DNA of 64,000 nt, from assembly GCA_045047115.1 (NCBI GenBank), contig JASFYR010000022.1, positions 39,405 through 103,404 on the forward strand, in the 5' to 3' direction. Origin of the DNA: Sulfurospirillum sp. (GTDB lineage Bacteria > Campylobacterota > Campylobacteria > Campylobacterales > Sulfurospirillaceae). The position numbers were made by a program, and so were the translations under genes. Below the pieces are notes generated by a model, which saw only the letters and a list, made by a program, of their open reading frames with translations, ran no database searches and had not been told where the DNA came from. Positions 9,976-20,153 of the stretch are shown one piece after another (the stretch's first letter is position 1; every line of letters starts with the position of its first letter).

Positions 9976-11065
9976 GTACTTTGGGATTTGTGGTAGTTGT
10001 AAGCTCCATAATTTCTCTTATAAAGAGCAAGTAGAAGATAAAAAAAACTATATAAAAGAACTTTTCGATTTAGAAGAGTTTGAATTTTTTGTTTCAAAAG
10101 ATAAACATTATAGAAATAGAGCCGAATTTAGGATTTGGCACGAGGGTGAGAATATATACTACGGTATGCACCGACTCGAAGGCAAAGAGATTTTGAAGGT
10201 AGGTGAGTGCCCAAAAGTGGACGAGGATATCTACACTTTGATGCCACGGCTAAAATCAGAACTTCAAGAGAGCAGCGAGCTTAAAAACAGACTTTATGCA
10301 GTAGAGTTTCTCTCGTCAGTTGATTCAGTGCTTGTGACACTTATTTACCACAAAAAGATAGGACAGGAGTGGAGAAATGAAGCAAAAAAACTAGAGCAAA
10401 AATTAGGAGTTTTTATAATAGGACGGGCTAGAAAGATAAAAGAGATACTAACTCAGGACTTTATACAAGAGACTCTACATGTAGAGGGTAGAGAGTATAG
10501 ATATAAAATTATAGAGGGTGGTTTTTCACAGCCAAACAGAGGTGTAAATGAGAAGATGATAGAGTGGGTTTGCTCTCATGTGAAAAATCCTAAAGATTTG
10601 CTTGAGCTATACTGTGGTTATGGAAATTTTACAATCCCTCTTGGCTCAAAATTTAAAAAAGTTCTGGCAACTGAAATCTCAAAAGCATCTATAAAATCTG
10701 CTTTTTTTAGTTGTGAGTTAAACGGTATAAAAAATATACAATTTCTAAGGATGAGCGCACAAGAGCTGACAAGTGCTCTAAAAAAAGAGCGAGAGTTTAA
10801 TAGACTAAAAGATATAGATCTTGATAGCTATAACTTCTCTCATGTATTTGTTGATCCGCCAAGAGCTGGTATGGATGAGAGGAGTTTGGAATTTATATCC
10901 AGATTCGAACACATTATATATATATCTTGCAACCCACTCACACTCAAGAGAGATTTGGAGGTTTTAAATAAAAGATATAAAAGAGTTGCCTTTGCGGTTT
11001 TTGACCAGTTTCCATACACCAACCACATAGAATCTGGTATAATTTTAAAAAAGAAAAAGAAATAG
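9965..11065 (+). CDS. trmA: tRNA (uracil-5-)-methyltransferase
   Basis: CEYFGICGSC, YRNRAEFRIWH, FSQPN, LLELYCGYGNF, VDPPRAG, YISCNP, DQFPYTNHIE; ATG at 9965. Confidence 0.95.
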   Translation: MVCEYFGICGSCKLHNFSYKEQVEDKKNYIKELFDLEEFEFFVSKDKHYRNRAEFRIWHEGENIYYGMHRLEGKEILKVGECPKVDEDIYTLMPRLKSELQESSELKNRLYAVEFLSSVDSVLVTLIYHKKIGQEWRNEAKKLEQKLGVFIIGRARKIKEILTQDFIQETLHVEGREYRYKIIEGGFSQPNRGVNEKMIEWVCSHVKNPKDLLELYCGYGNFTIPLGSKFKKVLATEISKASIKSAFFSCELNGIKNIQFLRMSAQELTSALKKEREFNRLKDIDLDSYNFSHVFVDPPRAGMDERSLEFISRFEHIIYISCNPLTLKRDLEVLNKRYKRVAFAVFDQFPYTNHIESGIILKKKKK

Positions 11066-11073
11066 GAGAGATC

Positions 11074-11508
11074 ATGGAATGTCCGATGCCGACCATAAAT
11101 ACAAATGATGCCAAAGAGTTAAAAAAGATATTTGAAGAGATAAAAACCATAGCTATTATCGGTCTTTCACCAAATGAGACCAAAGATAGCAATATGGTTG
11201 GAAAGTATCTACAAAGTGTTGGCTATAAGATAATTCCTATCTATCCAAAAGAGGAGTATATACTGGGCGAAAAGGTGTATAGAAGCCTTAATGAAGTGCC
11301 AAATGGTGTAGATATGGTTGATATGTTTAGAAAGCCGGCCATAGCAGACAGCCTACTTGATGAGGTGCTTAAAAGAGATGATGTGAAGGTGTTTTGGCTT
11401 CAGTTGGGAATTGTAAACAATGAAGCTTGCGAGAGAGCAAAAAAAGCCGGACTGAGAGTAGTGCAAAACAGATGCTCAAAAGTAGAACATCAAAGGTTGA
11501 TGAAGTGA
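11074..11508 (+). CDS. CoA-binding protein (YccU-like)
   Basis: IAIIGLS, VDMVDMFR, FWLQLGI, VVQNRC motifs. Confidence 0.9.
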   Translation: MECPMPTINTNDAKELKKIFEEIKTIAIIGLSPNETKDSNMVGKYLQSVGYKIIPIYPKEEYILGEKVYRSLNEVPNGVDMVDMFRKPAIADSLLDEVLKRDDVKVFWLQLGIVNNEACERAKKAGLRVVQNRCSKVEHQRLMK

Positions 11509-12716
11509 TAGAACTCAGTGAAATAGTACAGGCAAGAAGATTGATAAGTGATGTTATAGCAAAAACACCTTTTATACTGGCTCCTCTTTTAAGTGAGAGG
11601 GTAGGCGCAAATATATTTTTAAAAAAAGAGAACCTTCAGCTTACGGGAGCCTATAAGATACGAGGTGCGTTTAACAAGATAGCATCTTTGAGTGATGAAG
11701 AAAAAGCAGCAGGTGTTGTAGCTGCAAGTGCAGGAAACCATGCTCAAGGTGTGGGGTATAGTGCGAGGCATTTTGGTATCAAGGCTGTTATCATCATGCC
11801 TGAAGCCACACCATTGCTTAAAGTCACAGGCACAAAGGCTCTTGGGGCTGAAGTAATACTGCATGGTGATAATTATGATGAAGCTTATGCTTATGCTCTT
11901 AAATATGCAAAAGATAACGGTTTTATATTTATACATCCGTTTGAAGATGAAAAGGTTATAGCAGGGCAGGGAACTGTAGGCTTGGAGATGATGGATGAGA
12001 TAAAAGATTTGAACACTATCTTGGTCCCGATAGGCGGAGGCGGACTCATCACCGGTATCGCATCAGCCATCAAGCAGATAGATCCAAGCATTAGAATCAT
12101 AGGTGTTGTTTCACAGGGAGCACCGGCAATATATAACTCTTTTAAAGCCAAAGATATTCAAAACTCAAAAAGTGTTAGAACTATAGCAGACGGTATAGCC
12201 GTAAGAGATGTAAGCAAAAAAAATCTAAAGCATATACTTGAGTCTGTTGATGATATCGTTATGGTTGATGACGAAGAGATAGCTACGGCGGTTTTATATC
12301 TGCTTGAGAGACAAAAGATTGTTGTAGAGGGTGCCGGAGCAACCGGAGTGGCTGCTGTGATGCATAAAAAGTTCAACTTTAAAAAAGGTGAAAATATAGG
12401 CATAGTGCTAAGTGGTGGAAATATAGATGTCCAAATGCTCTCAGTCATTATCGAAAAAGGACTTATAAAATCACACAGAAAGATGAAGTTACTCATCACT
12501 CTTATCGACAAACCCAGAGCCTTGATGTATCTGACAGATATACTAAGAGATGCAAATGCAAATATCATACAGATTGATTATGACAGGACTTCTACCAAGT
12601 TGGCTTATGGCGATGCAAAGATAACGATAGTATTGGAAACGAAGGGGTCAGAGCATCAAGAGTATATAAAAGAGATGCTGGGTAACAGCGGCTATCTTTT
12701 TGAGGAAGAGCTGTAA
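11505..12716 (+). CDS. ilvA: Threonine ammonia-lyase with C-terminal ACT domain
   Basis: KKENLQLTGAYKIRGA PLP lysine motif, ASAGNHAQG, IGGGGL, SGGNID; GTG start overlapping upstream TGA. Confidence 0.93.
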   Translation: MIELSEIVQARRLISDVIAKTPFILAPLLSERVGANIFLKKENLQLTGAYKIRGAFNKIASLSDEEKAAGVVAASAGNHAQGVGYSARHFGIKAVIIMPEATPLLKVTGTKALGAEVILHGDNYDEAYAYALKYAKDNGFIFIHPFEDEKVIAGQGTVGLEMMDEIKDLNTILVPIGGGGLITGIASAIKQIDPSIRIIGVVSQGAPAIYNSFKAKDIQNSKSVRTIADGIAVRDVSKKNLKHILESVDDIVMVDDEEIATAVLYLLERQKIVVEGAGATGVAAVMHKKFNFKKGENIGIVLSGGNIDVQMLSVIIEKGLIKSHRKMKLLITLIDKPRALMYLTDILRDANANIIQIDYDRTSTKLAYGDAKITIVLETKGSEHQEYIKEMLGNSGYLFEEEL

Positions 12717-13682
12717 GTGTCTATAGCGATATTAACCTCCGGAGGAGATTGTGCAGGTATGAATCCTGCTATAAAAAAGTTTGTAGATTACTGTTTTGAT
12801 AGAGGAGTGCAACCATATCTGGTATATGATGGGTTAGAGGGCCTGATAGACGGCGTTATCAAAAAAGCGAATCATAGTGATGTCGCAGGCATCATCCATG
12901 AGGGGGGTACAAGGCTTAGATCATCAAGATCTAAAAGATTTTTTGAATATGAGTATAGAAAAAGAGCATATGAAAATTTAAAAAATCTAGGAATTGACAG
13001 GTTGATTATTTTAGGCGGCGACGGATCTTTTAGAGCGCTTAAGCAGTTTTATGATGATTTTGGAGTCAGTTTTGTCGGTATCCCCTCTACTATAGATAAT
13101 GATATCTTTGGTACTGATTATTGCCTGGGAGTTGATACAGCGCTAAATATGATACGATGGGCTACTGATTCTATAAGAGATACTTCAGCCTCTTTTAGAA
13201 GAGGCTGTGTTATCGAGACTATGGGTAGAAATTGTGGTTATTTAGCTTTGGTATCAGCTGTTACATGTGGAGCTGAAGTTTGTGTGATACCTGAGATGGA
13301 GTATGATTTAAACAGCCTTTGTAAAAAGCTTAAAAAACAACTTGATGAAGGTAGAAAATACATAGTAGCAGTCGTTGCAGAGGGGTCTAAAAAAACTGAT
13401 TTTTTAGTAAAGTGGCTTGAAGAGGATGTTGGCATAGAGACAAGAGCTACGATATTGGGACATATCCAAAGAGGTGGAAACCCAACAGTATATGACAGGC
13501 TTATGGCGACAGAGTTTGTCATATACGCTATAGATAAATTAGTAGAGCAAAAATCAAATGAAGGTTTGGTTGTGGTATATAGAGATGCAAAATTTGAATT
13601 TGCACCAATTGAGTATGTGAATTCAAGAAAATTTGAGATACAGCAAGGTTTGCTGGATTTGGCAGCCAAGATGACAAAATAG
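12717..13682 (+). CDS. pfkA: ATP-dependent 6-phosphofructokinase
   Basis: TSGGDCAGMN, GGDGS, STIDND, ETMGR, LGHIQRGG motifs. Confidence 0.95.
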   Translation: MSIAILTSGGDCAGMNPAIKKFVDYCFDRGVQPYLVYDGLEGLIDGVIKKANHSDVAGIIHEGGTRLRSSRSKRFFEYEYRKRAYENLKNLGIDRLIILGGDGSFRALKQFYDDFGVSFVGIPSTIDNDIFGTDYCLGVDTALNMIRWATDSIRDTSASFRRGCVIETMGRNCGYLALVSAVTCGAEVCVIPEMEYDLNSLCKKLKKQLDEGRKYIVAVVAEGSKKTDFLVKWLEEDVGIETRATILGHIQRGGNPTVYDRLMATEFVIYAIDKLVEQKSNEGLVVVYRDAKFEFAPIEYVNSRKFEIQQGLLDLAAKMTK

Positions 13683-13829
13683 TTGCCTTATATGGCAACA
13701 TCTTGCATTGACTCAATATTTTTGTGCTTAAACCATAAAATAATATTCTTACAAACATATTTTCATATGAAATTCATATTATTTTGATATTATTACAAAG
13801 TTAAAAAATATTTACAAAGTAAGAAAAAA

Positions 13830-15509
13830 GTGTCATACTATCAAAAACATCTATATTTTAAGAAAATTGCTTTTATAATGTCTGTCATATGGACGCTGAT
13901 AACTCTCATTTTTTTTGTATATCAGCTTCAAAACGAAAACAGACACATACTTCAAAATACTCTCACTAAAGCAAGAAATGCAGCAAATCAAGCCCAATAT
14001 GTTATAAATTGGATATATGACCAAAAGGTCAAAAGTAACGAGCATAAAAAGATGGGTGGATTAAAGCTTGATTTTTCTCTTAAAGATTTAATTTATAAGA
14101 TGAACATGGATATAGGTGTTGCTATGGATATAAACAGCATTGAATCTGATTTTAAAAAAAGTCAAAATAGTAGCATCATAAGCAAAACCATAAACAAAAT
14201 GAGACTCACAAAAAAGGAACAGTACGCTCTTTATAAAGTAAAAGATGAAAGATATGTTTTTTATACAAAACCACTGTTTGCCGACAAAAGCTGTTTGGTA
14301 TGCCATATTTATATGGGCAAACAAAATGGAGATATTCTCGGTAGTATAAATGCTAAAATAAAAATTCCAAAATTTATCAGAGTTAACAAAAGCAGTTATT
14401 TGTTTTTGATTTTTATCTATATGACTACATGGATAACGGGTCTTTTTATCATATGGTTTGCAAGGTATAAGAGCAAGATATATTTTGATGAAAAATTGAG
14501 AAACTATGAAGAAAGCATCTATGGACTTGTAGAGATGATGGAAAGAAGAGATAGCTATACAGCCGGACATAGTCACAGGGTTGCCAAGTATTCAGTTTTG
14601 ATTGCTCAAAAATTAAATTTTACAAAAGATGATATTGACTTGATTTTCAGAGCAGCTATGCTCCATGACATAGGAAAGATGGATATACCGGATGCACTTC
14701 TTTTAAAACCCGGAGCACTAAGTGATGATGAATATGAACTCATAAAAAATCACTCTATGTTTGGGTATGAGTTGCTAAAACATGGTCCGTTTAAAGAGCT
14801 CTCAAAGATAGTTTTGTGCCATCACGAGAGATATGACGGTAGAGGCTATCCGAATGGATTGAAAGCGGATGAAATTCCAAAAATGTCACAGATTATCTCT
14901 ATATCTGATGCTTTTGATGCCATGACTACAAATCGTGCATACAAGGAGGCTTGCAGTAAAGAAGAAGCGTTGCAAAATGTAAATAAAAATATCTCCACAC
15001 AGTTTAACCCTCACTTTGCCAAAGTTGCCATAGAAGCGCTTAGAGATATAGAACTACCAAAAAACACAGCGCAAATGCCTCAAAATAAACTCGAAGAGAT
15101 GAGATTTTGCTATTATTTAAAAGATCAATTAACGGGATGCTATAATATTGATTATCTAAAATATATACTGCTCTATAGAGAAAAATACAAAAATGCAAGC
15201 GCATTTTATATAGGACTTAGTGATTTTTCAAACTACAATAAACTTCATGGCTGGAGATGTGGTGATGAGGTTTTGAAAAGTGTTGCAAATATACTACTGA
15301 AAAATTATCCCAATTCTATAGTAATTCGTCTATTTGGAGATAGTTTTGTGATTATTTGTAAAGATAAAAATTGTAAATTTGAGATAAAAATTCTAGAACA
15401 AGAGTTAGGTGAGTTGAGATTAAAATTTCATTCTACGCAGATAGATTTGATGGATAAAAATATAAAAACGATAGAGGAGTTTGAAAATATCACTCTGTCA
15501 TTTAAGTAA
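13830..15509 (+). CDS. Membrane HD-GYP phosphodiesterase with periplasmic c-heme (DUF3365-like) sensor and degenerate GGDEF domain
   Basis: Two TM helices flanking SCLVCH; YTAGHS, LHDIGK, HHERYDGRGYP; C-terminal DQLTG...GDEVLK...RLFGDSF. Confidence 0.85.
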   Translation: MSYYQKHLYFKKIAFIMSVIWTLITLIFFVYQLQNENRHILQNTLTKARNAANQAQYVINWIYDQKVKSNEHKKMGGLKLDFSLKDLIYKMNMDIGVAMDINSIESDFKKSQNSSIISKTINKMRLTKKEQYALYKVKDERYVFYTKPLFADKSCLVCHIYMGKQNGDILGSINAKIKIPKFIRVNKSSYLFLIFIYMTTWITGLFIIWFARYKSKIYFDEKLRNYEESIYGLVEMMERRDSYTAGHSHRVAKYSVLIAQKLNFTKDDIDLIFRAAMLHDIGKMDIPDALLLKPGALSDDEYELIKNHSMFGYELLKHGPFKELSKIVLCHHERYDGRGYPNGLKADEIPKMSQIISISDAFDAMTTNRAYKEACSKEEALQNVNKNISTQFNPHFAKVAIEALRDIELPKNTAQMPQNKLEEMRFCYYLKDQLTGCYNIDYLKYILLYREKYKNASAFYIGLSDFSNYNKLHGWRCGDEVLKSVANILLKNYPNSIVIRLFGDSFVIICKDKNCKFEIKILEQELGELRLKFHSTQIDLMDKNIKTIEEFENITLSFK

Positions 15510-15763
15510 CAAAATGTTGCTTGGCTAAGACTTTTTGAACTTTTCAAGACACAGAAGACAATATAATAAGAAACTGTGTTGATGCTCTGGATAGGTCAAT
15601 CAGTCCGGATCATGCTATTTTCATTTTTATTTAGTCAGTTTATTTTTATAAAAATTTACAAAGAAAATAGGGATATTTTTTTAGAATTTGATTGTATGTA
15701 TATTGGATACAATATTTCCTATCCTATGTGTATGGTCAGTTAATGATTTGTTGAAGATATTTT

Positions 15764-15772
15764 TGCTATAAT
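15764..15772 (+). promoter_or_regulatory. Extended -10 promoter (TGCTATAAT) for rhodanese-EAL operon
   Basis: Exact TGnTATAAT about 40 nt upstream of ATG 15813; strong AAGGAGG RBS follows. Confidence 0.65.
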
Positions 15773-15812
15773 ACAATAACTTTCCATAACATACTTAAAG
15801 GAGGGTAGTGTA

Positions 15813-16694
15813 ATGTTTTTAAAATTACTGTTTTTTATTTTAATTTTTGCTTCTCTTGGAGTATCTGATACATTGCAAGAGCCGATGCCTGTTATAGTCT
15901 CTGTCGGGTGGTTGAAAACTCATCTAAATGATAAAGATGTTATTGTTATAGATGTAAGAAAAAATAAGGATTATAGAAAGAGGCATATCAAAGGTGCTGT
16001 AAATATGCCTGTGATGAAAGATTTTTTTACTAAAAAAACACTTAAGATGCCAAAATTAACATATCTAAAAGAGCTATTTTCAAATGCCGGCATAGATACA
16101 AATACAAAGGTCATCGTTTACGACAACGGTCAGTTTTGCTGGGCAGCAAGAGTTTGCTGGGTATTGAAAGTACTCGGACATAAGAATGAGAGTCTATTAA
16201 GATATGGATATGGTGATTATATAAAAAGTAATCTGCCAATATCTAAAAAAAGTCCAAAAAAAATAAGAACAGAATTTATTCTGAGAGTTAATGATGAAAT
16301 GATTGCAACAAAATTAGATGTTTTGATAGCAATACAGAACAAAGAACCTATTTTAGATGGTAGGTCAAGAGATATGTATATGGGTAAAACTTCTATTGCA
16401 AAAAGATACGGACACATACCAACCGCACAACTCTTCAGCGGAGCAAATAATTATAAAATAACGGCTGATGGAAATAAACTCAAAAGTTTTGATGAACTAA
16501 AGAGCATCTATAAATCTATGCCAAAAAACAAAAAAATTATCATATATTGTCAAGACGGTGCCGATGCTGCACTTGATGATATATTGATGCGAAAATTGGG
16601 GTATAAAACTTCAGTATATGAGGGTTCTTGGATAGAGTGGGGAAATGATGATGCTCTGCCTATAGTCAATCCTTCAAAAAAGAGTAAAATATAA
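15813..16694 (+). CDS. Exported tandem-domain rhodanese/sulfurtransferase
   Basis: Signal peptide; HIKGAVN, AARVCW, GHIPTA, active-site YCQDG, VYEGSWIEW. Confidence 0.92.
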   Translation: MFLKLLFFILIFASLGVSDTLQEPMPVIVSVGWLKTHLNDKDVIVIDVRKNKDYRKRHIKGAVNMPVMKDFFTKKTLKMPKLTYLKELFSNAGIDTNTKVIVYDNGQFCWAARVCWVLKVLGHKNESLLRYGYGDYIKSNLPISKKSPKKIRTEFILRVNDEMIATKLDVLIAIQNKEPILDGRSRDMYMGKTSIAKRYGHIPTAQLFSGANNYKITADGNKLKSFDELKSIYKSMPKNKKIIIYCQDGADAALDDILMRKLGYKTSVYEGSWIEWGNDDALPIVNPSKKSKI

Positions 16695-16706
16695 AACGGA
16701 TTTAAA

Positions 16707-19070
16707 ATGCAAAAAAAGTATAAAGGCTCTATCAAAAAAGAGTTGCTGGGTATCATACTCTCTATAGTAATGGTAGCGATAGCTGTCGGATATGCGATTT
16801 TTTTGAATAAATACATAAATAACGAGCAAAAAAGAGATATCTCTTTGATGAAAACGATCAGTAAAATCATAAGCCAGGATGTTGCTAAAATTATGTATAT
16901 GGACAATATATCTGTAGCAGCCGATGTAACAACACAACTCAAATCCTTCTCAAATTTAGATTCAATTGTACTATATAAAAAAAATGGAGAACCATTATTT
17001 CAATATTTCAAAGATAATAAAACTCATCAAGTTGGAAAATTTGATAAAAACATGCTTGGAAAGGCTATAGTTCAAAATGACAAATTGAGACTATATAGCA
17101 AACTATTTTACAAAGGGACTTTTCTTGTCAGCGGGGAGTACTCTTTTAAGATTGAAACTCTCAAAGAGATATTTTTAGGTGATGCTCCTTTTCTTGCTTT
17201 GATACTTTGTATTATGCTGTTTTTGGCCTATATCTTATCTTGGTATTATGCTAAAAAGTTTACAGCTCCCATACTCTCTTTGGTGAAATTTTTGGAAAAT
17301 ATCAAAGACGAAAAATTTTTGAAAGATAGAATTAAGACTATGGCAAAGAATGAATTCGGTGTACTTTATGATGAGATAAACACGATGCTTGAGAGGATGC
17401 AGGAGTCTTACGGGGAGTTAAAGATTGCAGCTGTTGCATTTGAAACACAAAATCCGATAGTGATTACCGATAGTAAGGCAAGAATTTTGAGAACAAATAG
17501 AGCTTTTGAGAAAATTACCGGCTACAAAGAGAGTGAAGTTATCGGTAACAATCCCTCTGTATTGAAATCCGGAAAACATGATGTTGATTTTTATAAAGAT
17601 ATGTACCAAAAATTACTAAACAATCACTACTGGAGCGGTGGCATAATAAACCGCAAAAAAGACGGCTCGCTCTATCATGAAAACTTAACCATACAAACCG
17701 TACTTCATGAGAATAGTGATGTAGCTTACTATATTGCCTCTTTCACTGACACAACAAAACAGAAAGAGGCAGAAGAAAAATTAAAGTTTTTAGAACATTA
17801 TGATGTTTTAACAGGCTTGGCAAACAGAAACCTTTTGAGAAAAGAACTAGAACTAGAGATAGATAAAAACGACGAAGATAAAATATGCGGATTTATATGC
17901 TGTGATATAGAAAATTTTAAAATGGTCAATGAGGGGTATGGCTTTGAATTTGGTAACAGACTTTTACAAGCAGTTGCACAAAGGCTTAAGGAGAATATTA
18001 AAGAGGCAAAATATATAGCCAAAATCGGAGCTAATGAATTTTTCTTATGGTTTGAGTATAATAAAAAGGATATAAAGAGTATTAACTTAGAGATAAGACT
18101 TGAAGCCCAAAAGATATCTCAAACAGTAAGTAAATCATTTCAAATAGATAACAAGTCGATTGGTTTATTGTTTCATATCGGCATATCCATCAGTGATGCA
18201 ATTAAGACAAAAACTGCCAGAGACATAATCAAAGAAGCTGTAAGCGCTATAAATATCGCCAAAGAGAGCGGGTATAGAATCTCATTTTACGATAAGACTT
18301 ATCAGGATAAATCTATAAAACACCTCGATATGTACTCAGAAATGCTAATTGCTATAAAAGAGGAGCAGTTTGAGTTGTTTTATCAGTTGCAAAACAATGA
18401 TAAAAAAGAAGTGGTGGGAGCTGAAGCATTGATGCGGTGGAGAAGATCTAAAGATGAGATAGTTTCTCCGATAAAATTTATCCCACTATTGGAGAAATCC
18501 GGTCTTATCTTGAAACTAAGCAACTGGATAGCAGAGACTGCCTGTAAACAATTGGCGATATGGCAAAAAAATGAAAAAACCAAGAACTTAACCGTATCTA
18601 TCAATGTCAGCCCAAAAGAGTTTTACAGTGAAAATTTTTTACTGAACATCAAAAATAATCTTCAAAAATATAATATACCAAGAAACAAGCTTAAAGTTGA
18701 ACTTGTCGAGTCTATATTGGTTGAAAAGATGGACTTGGTTTTAGAAAAAATGGAGGGACTGAGAAAGGCAGGGGTTAAAATTTCACTTGATGATTTTGGA
18801 ACCGGGTATTCATCTCTGTCTTATTTAAAAAAACTACCTATAAATCAGATAAAAATAGATAGAGTTTTTATAAAAAATGTAAGAGAAAACAGAAAAGACA
18901 GGGCTATTGTTGAGAGTATTTTATTGCTCAAAGATGCTTTTGGTGTTAATGTGATAGCTGAAGGAGTTGAAACTAAAGAGGATTTTGAGTTTTTAAATAC
19001 TCTTGGTTGTACTTTGTATCAGGGTTTCTACTTCTCAAAACCAAAACCAATAAACGAGATAGACATCTAA
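16707..19070 (+). CDS. Membrane sensor c-di-GMP phosphodiesterase (periplasmic sensor-HAMP-PAS-degenerate GGDEF-EAL)
   Basis: Two TM helices, HAMP (NEFGVL), PAS (NRAFEKITGY), GANEF in place of GGDEF, intact EAL, DDFGTGYSS, KID, AEGVE, QG. Confidence 0.92.
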   Translation: MQKKYKGSIKKELLGIILSIVMVAIAVGYAIFLNKYINNEQKRDISLMKTISKIISQDVAKIMYMDNISVAADVTTQLKSFSNLDSIVLYKKNGEPLFQYFKDNKTHQVGKFDKNMLGKAIVQNDKLRLYSKLFYKGTFLVSGEYSFKIETLKEIFLGDAPFLALILCIMLFLAYILSWYYAKKFTAPILSLVKFLENIKDEKFLKDRIKTMAKNEFGVLYDEINTMLERMQESYGELKIAAVAFETQNPIVITDSKARILRTNRAFEKITGYKESEVIGNNPSVLKSGKHDVDFYKDMYQKLLNNHYWSGGIINRKKDGSLYHENLTIQTVLHENSDVAYYIASFTDTTKQKEAEEKLKFLEHYDVLTGLANRNLLRKELELEIDKNDEDKICGFICCDIENFKMVNEGYGFEFGNRLLQAVAQRLKENIKEAKYIAKIGANEFFLWFEYNKKDIKSINLEIRLEAQKISQTVSKSFQIDNKSIGLLFHIGISISDAIKTKTARDIIKEAVSAINIAKESGYRISFYDKTYQDKSIKHLDMYSEMLIAIKEEQFELFYQLQNNDKKEVVGAEALMRWRRSKDEIVSPIKFIPLLEKSGLILKLSNWIAETACKQLAIWQKNEKTKNLTVSINVSPKEFYSENFLLNIKNNLQKYNIPRNKLKVELVESILVEKMDLVLEKMEGLRKAGVKISLDDFGTGYSSLSYLKKLPINQIKIDRVFIKNVRENRKDRAIVESILLLKDAFGVNVIAEGVETKEDFEFLNTLGCTLYQGFYFSKPKPINEIDI

Positions 19071-19080
19071 TCTCTCTTTA

Positions 19081-19108
19081 GCGCAAATCTACCTTTGTTG
19101 ATTTGCGC
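19081..19108. terminator. Hairpin between convergent genes
   Basis: GCGCAAATC / GATTTGCGC 9-bp stem at the junction of the EAL gene and ycjF; U-tract weak. Confidence 0.5.
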
Positions 19109-20153
19109 CATGTTTAAATCCAAATGAACCGATAACAGACTTGATAATGGAACTGATAAAACTACTCCTCAAATCCTTATCAAAATCAAGAGGGCGACAA
19201 GCCTTCATTGCTCCATATCCCAATCTTGCAAGCAGTATTCCGTTTGCTATGCCCTGTCCTGCTGATTTAGAAATCTTTGAGACTACAGAAGTGCTTGTCA
19301 TGTCATTTGTCATTTCAGTTGTAAGTTCAGCTATACCTGCAAAAACTGTATTGAAAATACCCTGTTTTAACAATAAGATTGTAGCTATCTTTCCCGGTCT
19401 GAACCCATACAGTGTTGCTATATCTTTTGTAAGTAGCATACTCCTCCATGCTGTCAATGCCATATCAAGCAAAGAATAAGGAGATATGGCTGTAGATAAA
19501 GCTCCCTGTATAGAGGCGTTTTGTATCATTTGTTTTGCTTTTTTATCTATGTCTGATAACAAGATAGTATCGATATCATTATAAATCTCTTTGTAGATTT
19601 GTGAAGTATTAAGATTGTTTTTGATGATTTTTATTTTTTCTTTTAGTCCGGAATCTGAAATATTTTCAAAATGTTGTAAAAGAGCATAGGTTAGAGGAAT
19701 TATATCTTTTGTAGGATTGTGTTTTTGTTTTTTAAAGCCATTTTTAATATGTTCGATATTTTTGATAAGTTTGAACTGCTTTATAGAAAAATATATATTT
19801 GATATCAATACAAACAGTAAAAACAAAAGCCCAAAAAGATAAATAAATTCTGAAATACTGCCTGATTTGATAATATTTTCAATCGAATTTATCGTATCAG
19901 CTATTATAGCTACAACAATAAATGCAAATACAGCTAAAAATACACCCTTAAAAGAACTTAAAAAATTACTTCTGCTTTGTAATCTGGCAAAAGATTCGTC
20001 AATTTCTTTGTCTATGGTGATATCTTCATCAATATTAAGAGTTTTATCTGTTTTGACTTTAAAAGGCTTTGTCTTTCGTTTATTTTGGTCATCACTGCAT
20101 TTTTTTGTATCTAAAACTTTTTTAAAAGGTTTTGTTTTATTATCGTCTTTCAT
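19089..20153 (-). CDS. ycjF: YcjF/UPF0283 family membrane protein
   Basis: TAISP..LLD, IATLYGFRPG, AGQGIANGILLARLG..AMKACRPL; overlaps ycjX stop. Confidence 0.88.
   Translation of the reverse strand: MKDDNKTKPFKKVLDTKKCSDDQNKRKTKPFKVKTDKTLNIDEDITIDKEIDESFARLQSRSNFLSSFKGVFLAVFAFIVVAIIADTINSIENIIKSGSISEFIYLFGLLFLLFVLISNIYFSIKQFKLIKNIEHIKNGFKKQKHNPTKDIIPLTYALLQHFENISDSGLKEKIKIIKNNLNTSQIYKEIYNDIDTILLSDIDKKAKQMIQNASIQGALSTAISPYSLLDMALTAWRSMLLTKDIATLYGFRPGKIATILLLKQGIFNTVFAGIAELTTEMTNDMTSTSVVSKISKSAGQGIANGILLARLGYGAMKACRPLDFDKDLRSSFISSIIKSVIGSFGFKHGANQQR

Noticed and set aside
13749..13820. TTACAAA(GT) three times and palindrome TTTCATATGAAA upstream of the HD-GYP gene
   Set aside because: Short AT-rich words with irregular spacing; could be operators but cannot be distinguished from chance.
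15510..15760. 250-nt intergenic region between c-di-GMP genes examined for a c-di-GMP riboswitch or gene remnant
   Set aside because: No GEMM-type motifs, only short stems and no convincing reading frame.
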